Shown: positions 1 through 9,417 of the stretch, piece after piece
Layout of the letters: every line of letters starts with the position of its first letter
Position numbering within the stretch: position 1 is the stretch's first letter
Source of the DNA: Bacillus subtilis subsp. subtilis str. 168
GTDB taxonomy: Bacteria; Bacillota; Bacilli; Bacillales; Bacillaceae
Reading direction: 5' to 3'
Assembly (NCBI RefSeq): GCF_000009045.1
Contig: NC_000964.3
Span: forward strand, 1,740,001 to 1,772,000
DNA: 32,000 nucleotides
Program-made: the position numbers and the translations under genes
The notes under the pieces: model-generated
Seen by the model: the letters and a program-made list of their open reading frames with translations, nothing else
The model's database searches: none
What the model was told of the DNA's origin: nothing

Positions 1-1500
1 TTCGGCCATGAAGAGATTAAACGCCTGATTGCATTCCAAGAAGAAATTGTTGCAGCAGTCGGCAAAGAGAAATCTGAAATTAAGCTCTTTGAAATTGATG
101 AAGAGCTTAATGAAAAAGTAAAAGCTTTGGCAGAAGAGGATCTGCTGAAAGCCATCCAAGTTCATGAAAAGCATGCCCGTGAAGATGCCATTAACGAAGT
201 GAAGAACGCAGTTGTGGCAAAATTCGAGGATGAAGAACATGATGAAGACACAATCAAGCAAGTGAAGCAGATTTTATCCAAGCTTGTGAAAAATGAAGTT
301 CGCCGCCTGATTACTGAAGAGAAAGTAAGACCGGACGGCCGCGGTGTCGATCAAATCCGTCCGCTCTCTTCAGAGGTTGGCCTCTTGCCAAGAACGCACG
401 GTTCAGGTCTATTTACAAGGGGACAAACTCAGGCCCTCAGCGTATGTACGCTAGGTGCTCTGGGAGATGTGCAAATCCTTGACGGCTTAGGTGTCGAAGA
501 GTCGAAACGGTTTATGCATCATTACAACTTCCCGCAATTCAGCGTTGGGGAAACAGGACCGATGCGCGGACCGGGACGTCGTGAAATCGGACACGGAGCA
601 CTGGGTGAGCGTGCGCTTGAGCCAGTTATTCCGTCTGAAAAAGACTTCCCTTATACTGTCCGTCTTGTTTCAGAAGTGCTTGAATCAAACGGTTCTACAT
701 CTCAAGCAAGCATTTGCGCAAGCACACTTGCAATGATGGATGCCGGTGTACCGATTAAAGCGCCAGTTGCTGGTATTGCGATGGGTCTTGTCAAATCAGG
801 CGAACATTACACTGTCTTGACTGACATCCAAGGCATGGAAGACGCGCTCGGAGATATGGACTTTAAAGTAGCGGGAACTGAAAAAGGCGTAACGGCCCTG
901 CAAATGGACATTAAAATTGAAGGCCTTTCCAGAGAGATTCTTGAAGAAGCGCTTCAGCAGGCGAAAAAGGGCAGAATGGAAATCCTCAACAGCATGCTTG
1001 CAACATTAAGCGAATCAAGAAAAGAGCTTTCTCGATATGCGCCTAAGATCTTAACAATGACCATTAATCCTGATAAAATCCGCGATGTCATCGGACCAAG
1101 CGGGAAACAAATCAATAAGATCATCGAAGAAACCGGTGTTAAAATTGATATTGAGCAGGACGGCACAATCTTTATTTCCTCTACAGATGAAAGCGGCAAC
1201 CAAAAAGCGAAAAAAATCATCGAAGACCTTGTGAGAGAGGTTGAAGTCGGCCAACTTTACCTAGGTAAAGTGAAACGGATTGAAAAATTCGGGGCTTTCG
1301 TTGAAATTTTCAGCGGAAAAGACGGTTTGGTGCACATTTCAGAGCTTGCGCTTGAACGCGTAGGGAAAGTTGAAGATGTTGTGAAAATCGGAGACGAGAT
1401 TCTTGTCAAAGTCACTGAAATTGATAAACAAGGACGAGTGAATTTATCCCGCAAAGCGGTGCTCCGTGAAGAGAAAGAAAAAGAAGAACAACAATCTTAA
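1..1500 (+). CDS. pnpA: Polynucleotide phosphorylase (PNPase), C-terminal 499 codons; the 5' end lies upstream of the window
   Basis: Frame 1 is open from nt 1 ([15 protein letters not shown]...), so the track's TTG at 127 is internal. Contains the second RNase-PH-like core ([35 protein letters not shown]), a KH domain ([21 protein letters not shown]) and an S1 domain ([15 protein letters not shown]...HISEL). Stop TAA at 1498-1500. Confidence 0.95.
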   Translation, partial: FGHEEIKRLIAFQEEIVAAVGKEKSEIKLFEIDEELNEKVKALAEEDLLKAIQVHEKHAREDAINEVKNAVVAKFEDEEHDEDTIKQVKQILSKLVKNEVRRLITEEKVRPDGRGVDQIRPLSSEVGLLPRTHGSGLFTRGQTQALSVCTLGALGDVQILDGLGVEESKRFMHHYNFPQFSVGETGPMRGPGRREIGHGALGERALEPVIPSEKDFPYTVRLVSEVLESNGSTSQASICASTLAMMDAGVPIKAPVAGIAMGLVKSGEHYTVLTDIQGMEDALGDMDFKVAGTEKGVTALQMDIKIEGLSREILEEALQQAKKGRMEILNSMLATLSESRKELSRYAPKILTMTINPDKIRDVIGPSGKQINKIIEETGVKIDIEQDGTIFISSTDESGNQKAKKIIEDLVREVEVGQLYLGKVKRIEKFGAFVEIFSGKDGLVHISELALERVGKVEDVVKIGDEILVKVTEIDKQGRVNLSRKAVLREEKEKEEQQS

Positions 1501-1513
1501 ATGAAAACATAAA

Positions 1514-1545
1514 AGGAGCCTGGGAGACCCGGCTTCTTTATTTTG
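1514..1545 (+). terminator. Intrinsic terminator after pnpA
   Basis: Imperfect GC-rich hairpin GAGCCTGGG-aga-CCCGGCTTC followed by TTTATTTT, about 14 nt after the pnpA stop. Confidence 0.6.
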
Positions 1546-1617
1546 AAGCTTTTCAAAAGCAGGCGGGTTCTACCTTGTCCTTCTCCTTCATAATGTGAGG
1601 TGAGGGGGGGACAGAAC

Positions 1618-2577
1618 ATGTACAAAAAATTTGTACCGTTTGCCGTTTTTTTATTTCTTTTTTTTGTCTCATTTGAGATGATGGAAAATCCGCATGCACT
1701 TGATTATATAGGGGCAATGAAAAAAGATACGGTGACTGTCACGGCGTCAAAAGACCCGTTATATGAAGAATTGCTTCAAAAAGCGCCGGAGTACGAAGTT
1801 AAGCCCCAGAATGCAAGAATTGATAAAGTGTGGAAAAGCATTCCAGGCTACAATGGATTAAAGGTCAATATTGAACAATCATATAAAAAAATGAAACAGC
1901 ATGGTAAGTTTCGGGAAAAAGATTTGGTGTACAGTCAAGTAAAACCAAGTGTTCATCTTGAGTCACTTCAGCCTGAGCCTATTTATAAAGGAAATCCTGA
2001 CAAACCGATGGTGGCTTTTTTAATCAATGTGGCATGGGGAAATGAGTATTTGGAAAAAATGCTTCCTATTCTGCAAAAGCACCAGGTTAAAGCTACGTTC
2101 TTTTTAGAAGGCAATTGGGTGAGAAACAATGTACAGCTCGCTAAGAAGATTGCAAAAGACGGACATGAAATCGGAAATCATTCATACAATCATCCGGATA
2201 TGAGCAAACTGACTACAGGAAGAATTTCCGAGCAGCTCGACAAGACTAATGAACAAATAGAACAAACGATCGGCGTTAAGCCAAAGTGGTTCGCTCCGCC
2301 AAGCGGAAGTTTCAGAAAAGCGGTTATCGACATTGCAGCAGAGAAACAGATGGGAACAGTCATGTGGACAGTTGATACAATCGATTGGCAAAAGCCGGCT
2401 CCGTCTGTACTTCAGACGAGAGTGTTAAGCAAGATACATAATGGTGCCATGATTTTAATGCATCCGACTGACCCTACGGCGGAAAGTCTTGAAGCGCTGA
2501 TTACACAGATAAAAGACAAAGGATATGCGCTTGGAACAGTCACTGAACTAATGGATGAAACAAGACTATTGAAGTAA
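1618..2577 (+). CDS. ylxY: Sporulation polysaccharide deacetylase family protein (NodB homology domain), 319 aa
   Basis: The track ORF is 1600-2577. My preferred start is ATG 1618 (MYKKFVPF...), just behind GAGGTGAGGGGGGG. Has an N-terminal hydrophobic anchor FVPFAVFLFLFFVSF and deacetylase motifs TFFLEGNW, HEIGNHSYNHPD and MILMHP. Length and sequence match my memory of B. subtilis YlxY. Confidence 0.9.
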   Translation: MYKKFVPFAVFLFLFFVSFEMMENPHALDYIGAMKKDTVTVTASKDPLYEELLQKAPEYEVKPQNARIDKVWKSIPGYNGLKVNIEQSYKKMKQHGKFREKDLVYSQVKPSVHLESLQPEPIYKGNPDKPMVAFLINVAWGNEYLEKMLPILQKHQVKATFFLEGNWVRNNVQLAKKIAKDGHEIGNHSYNHPDMSKLTTGRISEQLDKTNEQIEQTIGVKPKWFAPPSGSFRKAVIDIAAEKQMGTVMWTVDTIDWQKPAPSVLQTRVLSKIHNGAMILMHPTDPTAESLEALITQIKDKGYALGTVTELMDETRLLK

Positions 2578-2616
2578 CAGATGAAGGCAGCTTGTCTTTG
2601 AATAGGAGGAACAAAT

Positions 2617-3846
2617 TTGATTAAACGATATACGTGTCAAAATGGTGTAAGAATTGTGCTGGAAAATAACCCGACAGTCCGTTCTGTTGCGATCGGCGTA
2701 TGGATCGGCACAGGTTCGAGACATGAAACGCCGGAGATAAACGGAATTTCTCACTTTTTAGAGCACATGTTCTTTAAAGGGACGAGCACAAAATCTGCAC
2801 GCGAGATAGCAGAATCTTTTGATCGTATTGGCGGCCAGGTCAATGCGTTTACTTCAAAGGAATATACCTGCTACTATGCAAAGGTGCTTGACGAGCATGC
2901 GAATTACGCGCTGGACGTATTAGCAGATATGTTCTTTCATTCAACGTTTGATGAAAACGAGCTGAAAAAAGAGAAAAATGTAGTATATGAAGAAATTAAA
3001 ATGTATGAAGATGCGCCGGACGACATTGTACATGATTTATTGAGCAAAGCCACTTACGGCAATCATTCTTTAGGCTACCCAATTTTAGGAACGGAAGAAA
3101 CGCTTGCTTCCTTTAACGGTGACTCTCTCAGACAATACATGCATGATTATTATACGCCGGACCGAGTGGTGATTTCGGTAGCGGGCAATATATCTGACAG
3201 TTTTATCAAAGATGTAGAAAAATGGTTCGGGTCATACGAGGCGAAAGGCAAAGCGACAGGCCTTGAGAAGCCTGAGTTCCACACGGAAAAACTGACGAGA
3301 AAAAAAGAAACAGAGCAGGCTCATTTGTGCCTTGGATTTAAAGGCTTAGAGGTTGGCCATGAACGTATTTATGATTTAATCGTCCTCAACAATGTGCTCG
3401 GAGGCAGCATGAGCAGCCGGCTGTTCCAAGATGTGCGTGAAGATAAAGGACTTGCTTATTCTGTTTACAGCTATCACAGCTCATATGAGGACAGCGGAAT
3501 GCTAACGATTTACGGCGGAACGGGTGCAAATCAGCTTCAGCAGCTGTCGGAAACAATTCAAGAAACCCTGGCCACATTAAAACGTGACGGCATTACCTCG
3601 AAAGAACTGGAAAACAGCAAAGAGCAAATGAAGGGAAGCTTAATGCTGAGCTTAGAAAGCACAAACAGCAAAATGAGCCGAAACGGAAAAAATGAACTGC
3701 TGCTCGGCAAACATAAAACATTAGATGAAATTATCAATGAATTAAACGCCGTGAACTTAGAGCGTGTTAATGGCCTTGCCAGACAATTGTTTACCGAAGA
3801 CTATGCATTAGCACTTATCAGCCCTTCCGGCAATATGCCGTCTTAA
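2617..3846 (+). CDS. mlpA: M16-family zinc metallopeptidase (active-type, HxxEH), 409 aa
   Basis: TTG start behind AGGAGGA. Inverted zinc motif HFLEHMFFKG plus a downstream EKNVVYEE glutamate region. Recognised as MlpA/YmxG. Confidence 0.93.
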   Translation: MIKRYTCQNGVRIVLENNPTVRSVAIGVWIGTGSRHETPEINGISHFLEHMFFKGTSTKSAREIAESFDRIGGQVNAFTSKEYTCYYAKVLDEHANYALDVLADMFFHSTFDENELKKEKNVVYEEIKMYEDAPDDIVHDLLSKATYGNHSLGYPILGTEETLASFNGDSLRQYMHDYYTPDRVVISVAGNISDSFIKDVEKWFGSYEAKGKATGLEKPEFHTEKLTRKKETEQAHLCLGFKGLEVGHERIYDLIVLNNVLGGSMSSRLFQDVREDKGLAYSVYSYHSSYEDSGMLTIYGGTGANQLQQLSETIQETLATLKRDGITSKELENSKEQMKGSLMLSLESTNSKMSRNGKNELLLGKHKTLDEIINELNAVNLERVNGLARQLFTEDYALALISPSGNMPS

Positions 3847-3853
3847 AAAGGAA

Positions 3854-3885
3854 AGCCTGCCCCATAATGGAGCAGGCATTTTTTA
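3854..3885 (+). terminator. Intrinsic terminator after mlpA
   Basis: AGCCTGC-cccataatgga-GCAGGC followed by ATTTTTT, starting 8 nt after the mlpA stop. Confidence 0.8.
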
Positions 3886-3904
3886 ATCCCTTTCATCATA
3901 CATA
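3876..3904 (+). promoter_or_regulatory. Possible mother-cell (SigE-like) promoter for ymxH
   Basis: GCATTTT (3876-3882), a 14-nt spacer, then CATACATA (3897-3904). This resembles the SigE pattern kmATATT / CATACAnT. The match is by eye only, and the leader would be very short. Confidence 0.3.
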
Positions 3905-3923
3905 GTACAAGGGGGTGACAGAC

Positions 3924-4181
3924 ATGCGGCTCAGTGAATTATCGGGAAAGGAAATTGTAGACATCAAAAGAGCTGAACGGCTCGGAGTGCTCGGCCAGAC
4001 CGATTTGGAAATCAATGAACAGGATGGACAGATTACAGCACTCCTCATTCCCACAGTTAAGTGGTTTGGTTTGAGAAAGCAAGGTCATGACATTCGTGTC
4101 CCATGGCACCATATTCAAAAGATCGGTTCAGATATGATTATATTAGATGTACCTGAGGAAATGCCTCCTCGACAAGAGTAA
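3924..4181 (+). CDS. ymxH: PRC-barrel sporulation protein of the YlmC/YmxH family, 85 aa
   Basis: The track ORF starts at 3915. My preferred start is ATG 3924 (MRLSELSGKEIVD...), behind AAGGGGGTG. Its small size and sequence match YmxH. Confidence 0.88.
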   Translation: MRLSELSGKEIVDIKRAERLGVLGQTDLEINEQDGQITALLIPTVKWFGLRKQGHDIRVPWHHIQKIGSDMIILDVPEEMPPRQE

Positions 4182-4224
4182 ATAGCCCAATTGACTGTGA
4201 AGCGGGCTCTAAAGAAAACATCTG

Positions 4225-4255
4225 AAACATCGGCTGCCGGAGCCGATGTTTTTTT
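4225..4255 (+). terminator. Strong intrinsic terminator after ymxH
   Basis: Perfect 11-bp stem AAACATCGGCT-gccgg-AGCCGATGTTT running into a T-run. Confidence 0.88.
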
Positions 4256-4283
4256 ATATGGAAAAAGCGCATCTTTTATATTC

Positions 4284-4311
4284 ACCGGTATTTCCTTTTG
4301 ATCATAAGATG
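4284..4311 (+). promoter_or_regulatory. SigK-type promoter of the spoVF (dipicolinate synthase) operon
   Basis: AC (4284-4285), a 17-nt spacer, then CATAAGATG (4303-4311), compared with the SigK consensus AC-N17-CATAnnnTA. spoVF is known to be SigK-dependent. Confidence 0.55.
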
Positions 4312-4366
4312 AAGGGGAGCTTAACAACTAGAGATCCAGTATATACAAAGAAGGTGAACGTTTAGA

Positions 4367-5260
4367 ATGTTAACCGGATTGAAAATTGCAGTTATCGGCG
4401 GTGACGCAAGACAGCTCGAAATTATAAGAAAGCTCACTGAACAGCAGGCTGACATCTATCTTGTCGGTTTTGACCAATTGGATCACGGTTTTACCGGGGC
4501 AGTAAAATGCAATATTGATGAAATTCCTTTTCAGCAAATAGACAGCATCATTCTTCCAGTATCCGCGACAACAGGAGAAGGTGTCGTATCGACTGTATTT
4601 TCGAATGAAGAAGTTGTGTTAAAACAGGACCATCTTGACAGAACGCCTGCACATTGTGTCATTTTCTCAGGAATTTCTAACGCCTATTTAGAAAACATTG
4701 CAGCTCAGGCAAAAAGAAAACTTGTTAAGCTGTTTGAGCGGGATGACATTGCGATATACAACTCTATTCCGACAGTAGAAGGAACGATCATGCTGGCTAT
4801 TCAGCACACGGATTATACGATACACGGATCACAGGTGGCCGTTCTCGGTCTGGGGCGCACCGGGATGACGATTGCCCGTACATTTGCCGCGCTCGGGGCG
4901 AATGTAAAAGTGGGGGCAAGAAGTTCAGCGCATCTGGCACGTATCACTGAAATGGGGCTCGTTCCTTTTCATACCGATGAGCTGAAAGAGCATGTAAAAG
5001 ATATAGATATTTGCATTAATACCATACCGAGTATGATTTTAAATCAAACGGTACTTTCTAGCATGACACCAAAAACCTTAATATTGGATCTGGCCTCACG
5101 TCCCGGGGGAACGGATTTTAAATATGCCGAGAAACAAGGGATTAAAGCACTTCTTGCTCCCGGGCTTCCAGGGATTGTCGCTCCTAAAACAGCTGGGCAA
5201 ATCCTTGCAAACGTCTTGAGCAAGCTTTTGGCTGAAATACAAGCTGAGGAGGGGAAATAA
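4367..5260 (+). CDS. spoVFA: Dipicolinate synthase subunit A, 297 aa
   Basis: Dehydrogenase-like Rossmann fold (VAVLGLGRTGMTIA). SD is AAGAAGGTGA. Recognised as SpoVFA/DpaA. Confidence 0.95.
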   Translation: MLTGLKIAVIGGDARQLEIIRKLTEQQADIYLVGFDQLDHGFTGAVKCNIDEIPFQQIDSIILPVSATTGEGVVSTVFSNEEVVLKQDHLDRTPAHCVIFSGISNAYLENIAAQAKRKLVKLFERDDIAIYNSIPTVEGTIMLAIQHTDYTIHGSQVAVLGLGRTGMTIARTFAALGANVKVGARSSAHLARITEMGLVPFHTDELKEHVKDIDICINTIPSMILNQTVLSSMTPKTLILDLASRPGGTDFKYAEKQGIKALLAPGLPGIVAPKTAGQILANVLSKLLAEIQAEEGK

Positions 5261-5262
5261 GG

Positions 5263-5865
5263 ATGTCGTCATTAAAAGGAAAAAGAATCGGGTTTGGGCT
5301 GACCGGGTCGCATTGCACATATGAAGCGGTTTTCCCGCAAATTGAGGAGTTGGTCAACGAAGGAGCTGAAGTCCGTCCGGTTGTCACATTTAATGTAAAA
5401 TCTACAAATACCCGATTTGGAGAGGGCGCAGAATGGGTTAAAAAAATTGAAGACCTGACTGGATATGAGGCCATTGATTCGATTGTAAAGGCAGAACCTC
5501 TTGGGCCGAAGCTGCCCCTTGACTGCATGGTCATTGCGCCTTTAACAGGCAATTCAATGAGCAAGCTGGCAAATGCCATGACGGACAGCCCGGTGCTGAT
5601 GGCGGCAAAAGCGACAATCCGGAACAATCGGCCTGTCGTTCTGGGTATCTCGACAAATGATGCTCTTGGTTTAAACGGAACAAATTTAATGAGGCTCATG
5701 TCAACAAAAAATATCTTTTTTATTCCATTCGGGCAAGATGATCCATTTAAAAAACCGAATTCAATGGTAGCCAAAATGGATCTGCTTCCGCAAACGATTG
5801 AAAAGGCACTCATGCACCAGCAGCTTCAGCCGATTCTAGTTGAGAATTATCAGGGAAATGACTAA
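5263..5865 (+). CDS. spoVFB: Dipicolinate synthase subunit B (flavoprotein-like), 200 aa
   Basis: Starts 2 nt after the spoVFA stop, behind GAGGAGGGG, which suggests translational coupling. Recognised as SpoVFB/DpaB. Confidence 0.95.
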   Translation: MSSLKGKRIGFGLTGSHCTYEAVFPQIEELVNEGAEVRPVVTFNVKSTNTRFGEGAEWVKKIEDLTGYEAIDSIVKAEPLGPKLPLDCMVIAPLTGNSMSKLANAMTDSPVLMAAKATIRNNRPVVLGISTNDALGLNGTNLMRLMSTKNIFFIPFGQDDPFKKPNSMVAKMDLLPQTIEKALMHQQLQPILVENYQGND

Positions 5866-5920
5866 ATTTACAGAAAATCTTTCCCAAACTAAAAAATTCG
5901 GTCATCACCCGCATATTCTA

Positions 5921-5929
5921 TGGTAAAAT
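5921..5929 (+). promoter_or_regulatory. Candidate extended -10 promoter for asd-dapG-dapA
   Basis: TGGTAAAAT fits TGnTAnnAT. There is no convincing -35 at 17 nt. It lies 62 nt upstream of the asd start. Confidence 0.35.
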
Positions 5930-5990
5930 AAAACGTAAAATCATAGTCAAATCAATTCAATGAAGCTGATTGGCGGAAGGAGTTTTACAG

Positions 5991-7031
5991 ATGGGAAGAG
6001 GTTTACACGTAGCTGTTGTCGGAGCGACAGGGGCTGTGGGACAACAAATGCTTAAAACACTTGAAGACAGAAACTTTGAAATGGACACACTTACATTGCT
6101 ATCTTCAAAACGCTCTGCGGGGACAAAAGTCACGTTTAAAGGCCAAGAGCTGACTGTTCAGGAAGCTTCTCCTGAGAGCTTTGAAGGGGTAAATATTGCT
6201 TTGTTCAGCGCCGGCGGAAGCGTATCACAAGCATTGGCACCAGAAGCTGTAAAACGCGGCGCTATTGTTATAGATAATACGAGTGCGTTCCGCATGGATG
6301 AAAATACACCGCTTGTTGTGCCAGAAGTGAATGAGGCAGACTTGCATGAACACAACGGCATTATTGCCAATCCAAACTGCTCTACAATCCAAATGGTTGC
6401 GGCACTTGAACCGATCCGCAAAGCATATGGCTTAAACAAGGTCATCGTATCAACTTACCAGGCAGTATCAGGAGCGGGTAATGAAGCTGTAAAAGAGCTT
6501 TACAGCCAAACACAGGCGATTTTAAATAAAGAAGAAATAGAGCCTGAGATCATGCCTGTAAAAGGTGACAAAAAACACTATCAAATCGCCTTCAACGCGA
6601 TTCCGCAAATCGATAAATTCCAAGATAACGGCTATACGTTTGAGGAAATGAAAATGATAAATGAAACGAAAAAAATCATGCACATGCCTGACCTTCAAGT
6701 AGCGGCTACATGTGTGAGACTGCCAATCCAAACTGGGCACTCAGAGTCCGTCTACATCGAAATAGACCGTGATGACGCTACAGTTGAAGATATTAAAAAT
6801 CTATTGAAAGAAGCTCCGGGCGTGACACTTCAGGATGATCCAAGCCAGCAGCTTTATCCGATGCCTGCTGATGCTGTCGGCAAAAACGATGTGTTTGTAG
6901 GCCGCATCCGCAAAGACTTGGACAGAGCAAACGGTTTTCATTTATGGGTTGTTTCTGATAACCTATTAAAAGGCGCGGCATGGAACTCTGTTCAAATTGC
7001 AGAAAGCCTGAAAAAACTAAACCTCGTATAA
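5991..7031 (+). CDS. asd: Aspartate-semialdehyde dehydrogenase, 346 aa
   Basis: The track ORF starts at 5970. My preferred start is ATG 5991 ([18 protein letters not shown]), behind GGAAGGAG. Has the NAD(P) loop and the active-site region NPNCSTIQM. Confidence 0.95.
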   Translation: MGRGLHVAVVGATGAVGQQMLKTLEDRNFEMDTLTLLSSKRSAGTKVTFKGQELTVQEASPESFEGVNIALFSAGGSVSQALAPEAVKRGAIVIDNTSAFRMDENTPLVVPEVNEADLHEHNGIIANPNCSTIQMVAALEPIRKAYGLNKVIVSTYQAVSGAGNEAVKELYSQTQAILNKEEIEPEIMPVKGDKKHYQIAFNAIPQIDKFQDNGYTFEEMKMINETKKIMHMPDLQVAATCVRLPIQTGHSESVYIEIDRDDATVEDIKNLLKEAPGVTLQDDPSQQLYPMPADAVGKNDVFVGRIRKDLDRANGFHLWVVSDNLLKGAAWNSVQIAESLKKLNLV

Positions 7032-7056
7032 AAGAGAGAATTTTCTAAAGACGAAT

Positions 7057-7092
7057 AGAAGAGAGTAAGGCGCTATCAGCCTGCTCTCTTCT
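7057..7092 (+). other. Stem-loop without a U-tract in the asd-dapG spacer
   Basis: AGAAGAGAG (7057-7065), an 18-nt loop, then CTCTCTTCT (7084-7092). It is followed by GTTACG, so it is not a canonical terminator. Confidence 0.4.
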
Positions 7093-7122
7093 GTTACGTC
7101 CGAATAATTTGGAGTGAAAACA

Positions 7123-8337
7123 GTGAAGATAATTGTTCAAAAGTTCGGCGGAACATCAGTAAAAGATGATAAAGGCCGCAAACTGGCTTTAGGGCATATT
7201 AAAGAAGCAATCAGTGAAGGATATAAGGTTGTCGTTGTCGTTTCAGCGATGGGCCGAAAAGGGGACCCGTATGCAACAGATTCTTTGCTCGGGCTGCTTT
7301 ACGGCGATCAGTCAGCGATTTCTCCTAGGGAGCAGGATTTGCTTTTATCTTGCGGAGAGACTATTTCCTCTGTCGTCTTTACAAGCATGCTGCTTGATAA
7401 CGGTGTGAAAGCAGCTGCGCTGACAGGGGCTCAGGCTGGCTTTTTAACGAATGATCAGCATACTAATGCGAAAATCATTGAAATGAAACCGGAGCGTTTA
7501 TTCAGTGTGCTCGCCAATCATGATGCGGTAGTCGTCGCAGGCTTCCAGGGCGCAACTGAAAAGGGTGATACAACAACAATCGGCAGAGGGGGCAGCGATA
7601 CGTCTGCAGCCGCACTCGGAGCAGCTGTTGATGCGGAATACATCGATATTTTCACCGATGTAGAAGGCGTGATGACTGCTGACCCAAGAGTGGTAGAAAA
7701 TGCAAAACCGCTTCCTGTTGTGACGTATACGGAAATCTGCAACCTGGCGTATCAGGGGGCCAAGGTCATTTCTCCGCGTGCTGTGGAAATCGCAATGCAG
7801 GCCAAGGTTCCGATCCGCGTCCGTTCGACTTATTCGAATGATAAAGGCACATTGGTGACATCACATCACTCTTCCAAGGTCGGCAGTGATGTTTTTGAAA
7901 GGCTGATTACGGGAATCGCCCATGTCAAAGATGTCACGCAGTTCAAAGTGCCTGCGAAAATCGGCCAGTATAACGTTCAGACTGAAGTGTTCAAGGCTAT
8001 GGCAAACGCTGGAATCAGTGTCGATTTCTTTAACATTACACCTAGTGAAATCGTCTATACGGTAGCCGGAAATAAAACAGAAACAGCTCAGCGTATTTTA
8101 ATGGATATGGGCTATGATCCAATGGTGACGAGAAACTGCGCGAAGGTATCGGCGGTCGGCGCGGGCATTATGGGTGTTCCCGGTGTTACGTCCAAAATTG
8201 TATCGGCTCTTTCAGAAAAAGAAATTCCGATCCTTCAGTCGGCTGACAGCCATACGACGATATGGGTGCTCGTCCATGAAGCGGATATGGTTCCTGCTGT
8301 AAACGCTTTGCATGAAGTGTTTGAACTTTCGAAGTAA
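7123..8337 (+). CDS. dapG: Aspartokinase I (DAP-sensitive), 404 aa
   Basis: The track ORF starts at 7114. My preferred start is GTG 7123 (MKIIVQKFGGTSV), 9 nt behind GGAG. Has the aspartokinase kinase domain and C-terminal ACT repeats. Confidence 0.93.
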   Translation: MKIIVQKFGGTSVKDDKGRKLALGHIKEAISEGYKVVVVVSAMGRKGDPYATDSLLGLLYGDQSAISPREQDLLLSCGETISSVVFTSMLLDNGVKAAALTGAQAGFLTNDQHTNAKIIEMKPERLFSVLANHDAVVVAGFQGATEKGDTTTIGRGGSDTSAAALGAAVDAEYIDIFTDVEGVMTADPRVVENAKPLPVVTYTEICNLAYQGAKVISPRAVEIAMQAKVPIRVRSTYSNDKGTLVTSHHSSKVGSDVFERLITGIAHVKDVTQFKVPAKIGQYNVQTEVFKAMANAGISVDFFNITPSEIVYTVAGNKTETAQRILMDMGYDPMVTRNCAKVSAVGAGIMGVPGVTSKIVSALSEKEIPILQSADSHTTIWVLVHEADMVPAVNALHEVFELSK

Positions 8338-8367
8338 ATGTGATTGAATCATGATGAGGTGAATAAA

Positions 8368-9240
8368 ATGAATTTCGGAAATGTGTCTACAGCGATGATT
8401 ACACCCTTTGACAATAAAGGGAACGTAGACTTTCAAAAACTGTCTACACTGATTGATTACTTGTTGAAAAACGGAACGGATTCTTTAGTAGTAGCGGGAA
8501 CAACTGGAGAATCTCCGACCCTTTCAACTGAAGAAAAAATTGCGCTTTTTGAATATACGGTAAAAGAAGTAAACGGACGGGTGCCCGTTATCGCTGGTAC
8601 TGGGAGCAACAACACGAAAGATTCCATTAAGCTGACAAAAAAAGCTGAGGAAGCGGGCGTGGACGCTGTTATGCTTGTTACCCCGTATTACAATAAACCT
8701 TCTCAAGAAGGAATGTACCAGCATTTTAAAGCAATTGCGGCAGAGACATCTCTTCCGGTTATGCTCTATAATGTTCCTGGCCGTACGGTTGCTTCTCTTG
8801 CTCCTGAAACGACGATCCGTTTGGCGGCAGACATTCCGAATGTGGTTGCGATTAAAGAAGCGAGCGGAGACCTCGAAGCGATTACAAAAATTATTGCTGA
8901 AACACCTGAAGACTTCTATGTCTATTCAGGGGATGATGCTCTAACGCTTCCAATTCTTTCAGTTGGAGGTAGAGGAGTTGTGTCAGTGGCGAGCCATATT
9001 GCAGGCACTGATATGCAGCAAATGATCAAAAATTATACGAATGGGCAAACAGCTAATGCGGCACTGATTCATCAGAAACTGCTGCCGATTATGAAGGAAC
9101 TGTTTAAAGCGCCTAATCCTGCTCCAGTCAAAACAGCGCTTCAGCTGAGAGGTCTTGATGTCGGTTCTGTGCGTCTGCCTCTAGTCCCATTAACTGAGGA
9201 TGAACGTCTGAGCTTAAGCAGCACGATCAGCGAACTGTAA
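8368..9240 (+). CDS. dapA: 4-hydroxy-tetrahydrodipicolinate synthase, 290 aa
   Basis: The track ORF starts at 8344. My preferred start is ATG 8368 (MNFGNVSTAMITPF), behind GAGGTG. Has the GTTGE motif and the Schiff-base lysine context VVAIKEASG. Confidence 0.95.
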   Translation: MNFGNVSTAMITPFDNKGNVDFQKLSTLIDYLLKNGTDSLVVAGTTGESPTLSTEEKIALFEYTVKEVNGRVPVIAGTGSNNTKDSIKLTKKAEEAGVDAVMLVTPYYNKPSQEGMYQHFKAIAAETSLPVMLYNVPGRTVASLAPETTIRLAADIPNVVAIKEASGDLEAITKIIAETPEDFYVYSGDDALTLPILSVGGRGVVSVASHIAGTDMQQMIKNYTNGQTANAALIHQKLLPIMKELFKAPNPAPVKTALQLRGLDVGSVRLPLVPLTEDERLSLSSTISEL

Positions 9241-9261
9241 GAAAATTTCATACAGTGAAAC

Positions 9262-9306
9262 AAACGCGGTCATTCTCACATTCAGCTGAGTTTGACCGTT
9301 TCTTTT
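9262..9306 (+). terminator. Intrinsic terminator after dapA
   Basis: AAACGCGGTCA, a 20-nt loop, then TGACCGTTT (one bulge), followed by CTTTT. Confidence 0.6.
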
Positions 9307-9340
9307 ACATATTGGTTTTCCCTAAACCTTCTGCTTTATC

Positions 9341-9370
9341 TTGTTTTCTAAATTTACTTTCAGTTATAAT
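9341..9370 (+). promoter_or_regulatory. Candidate SigA promoter for rnjB
   Basis: TTGTTT (9341-9346), an 18-nt spacer, then a perfect TATAAT (9365-9370). Confidence 0.4.
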
Positions 9371-9417
9371 AGGAACAAGTGATGATGGACGGGTATGAGA
9401 CTAGGAGGATATAGATT

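Noticed and set aside
5184-5813. 209-aa ORF on the minus strand, antisense to spoVFB and the end of spoVFA
   Set aside because: It lies entirely inside two well-supported + strand genes. It has no Shine-Dalgarno, a Ser/Arg/Pro-rich composition typical of antisense frames, and no recognisable domain. It is unusually long for 43% GC DNA, but I still think it is a frame artefact.
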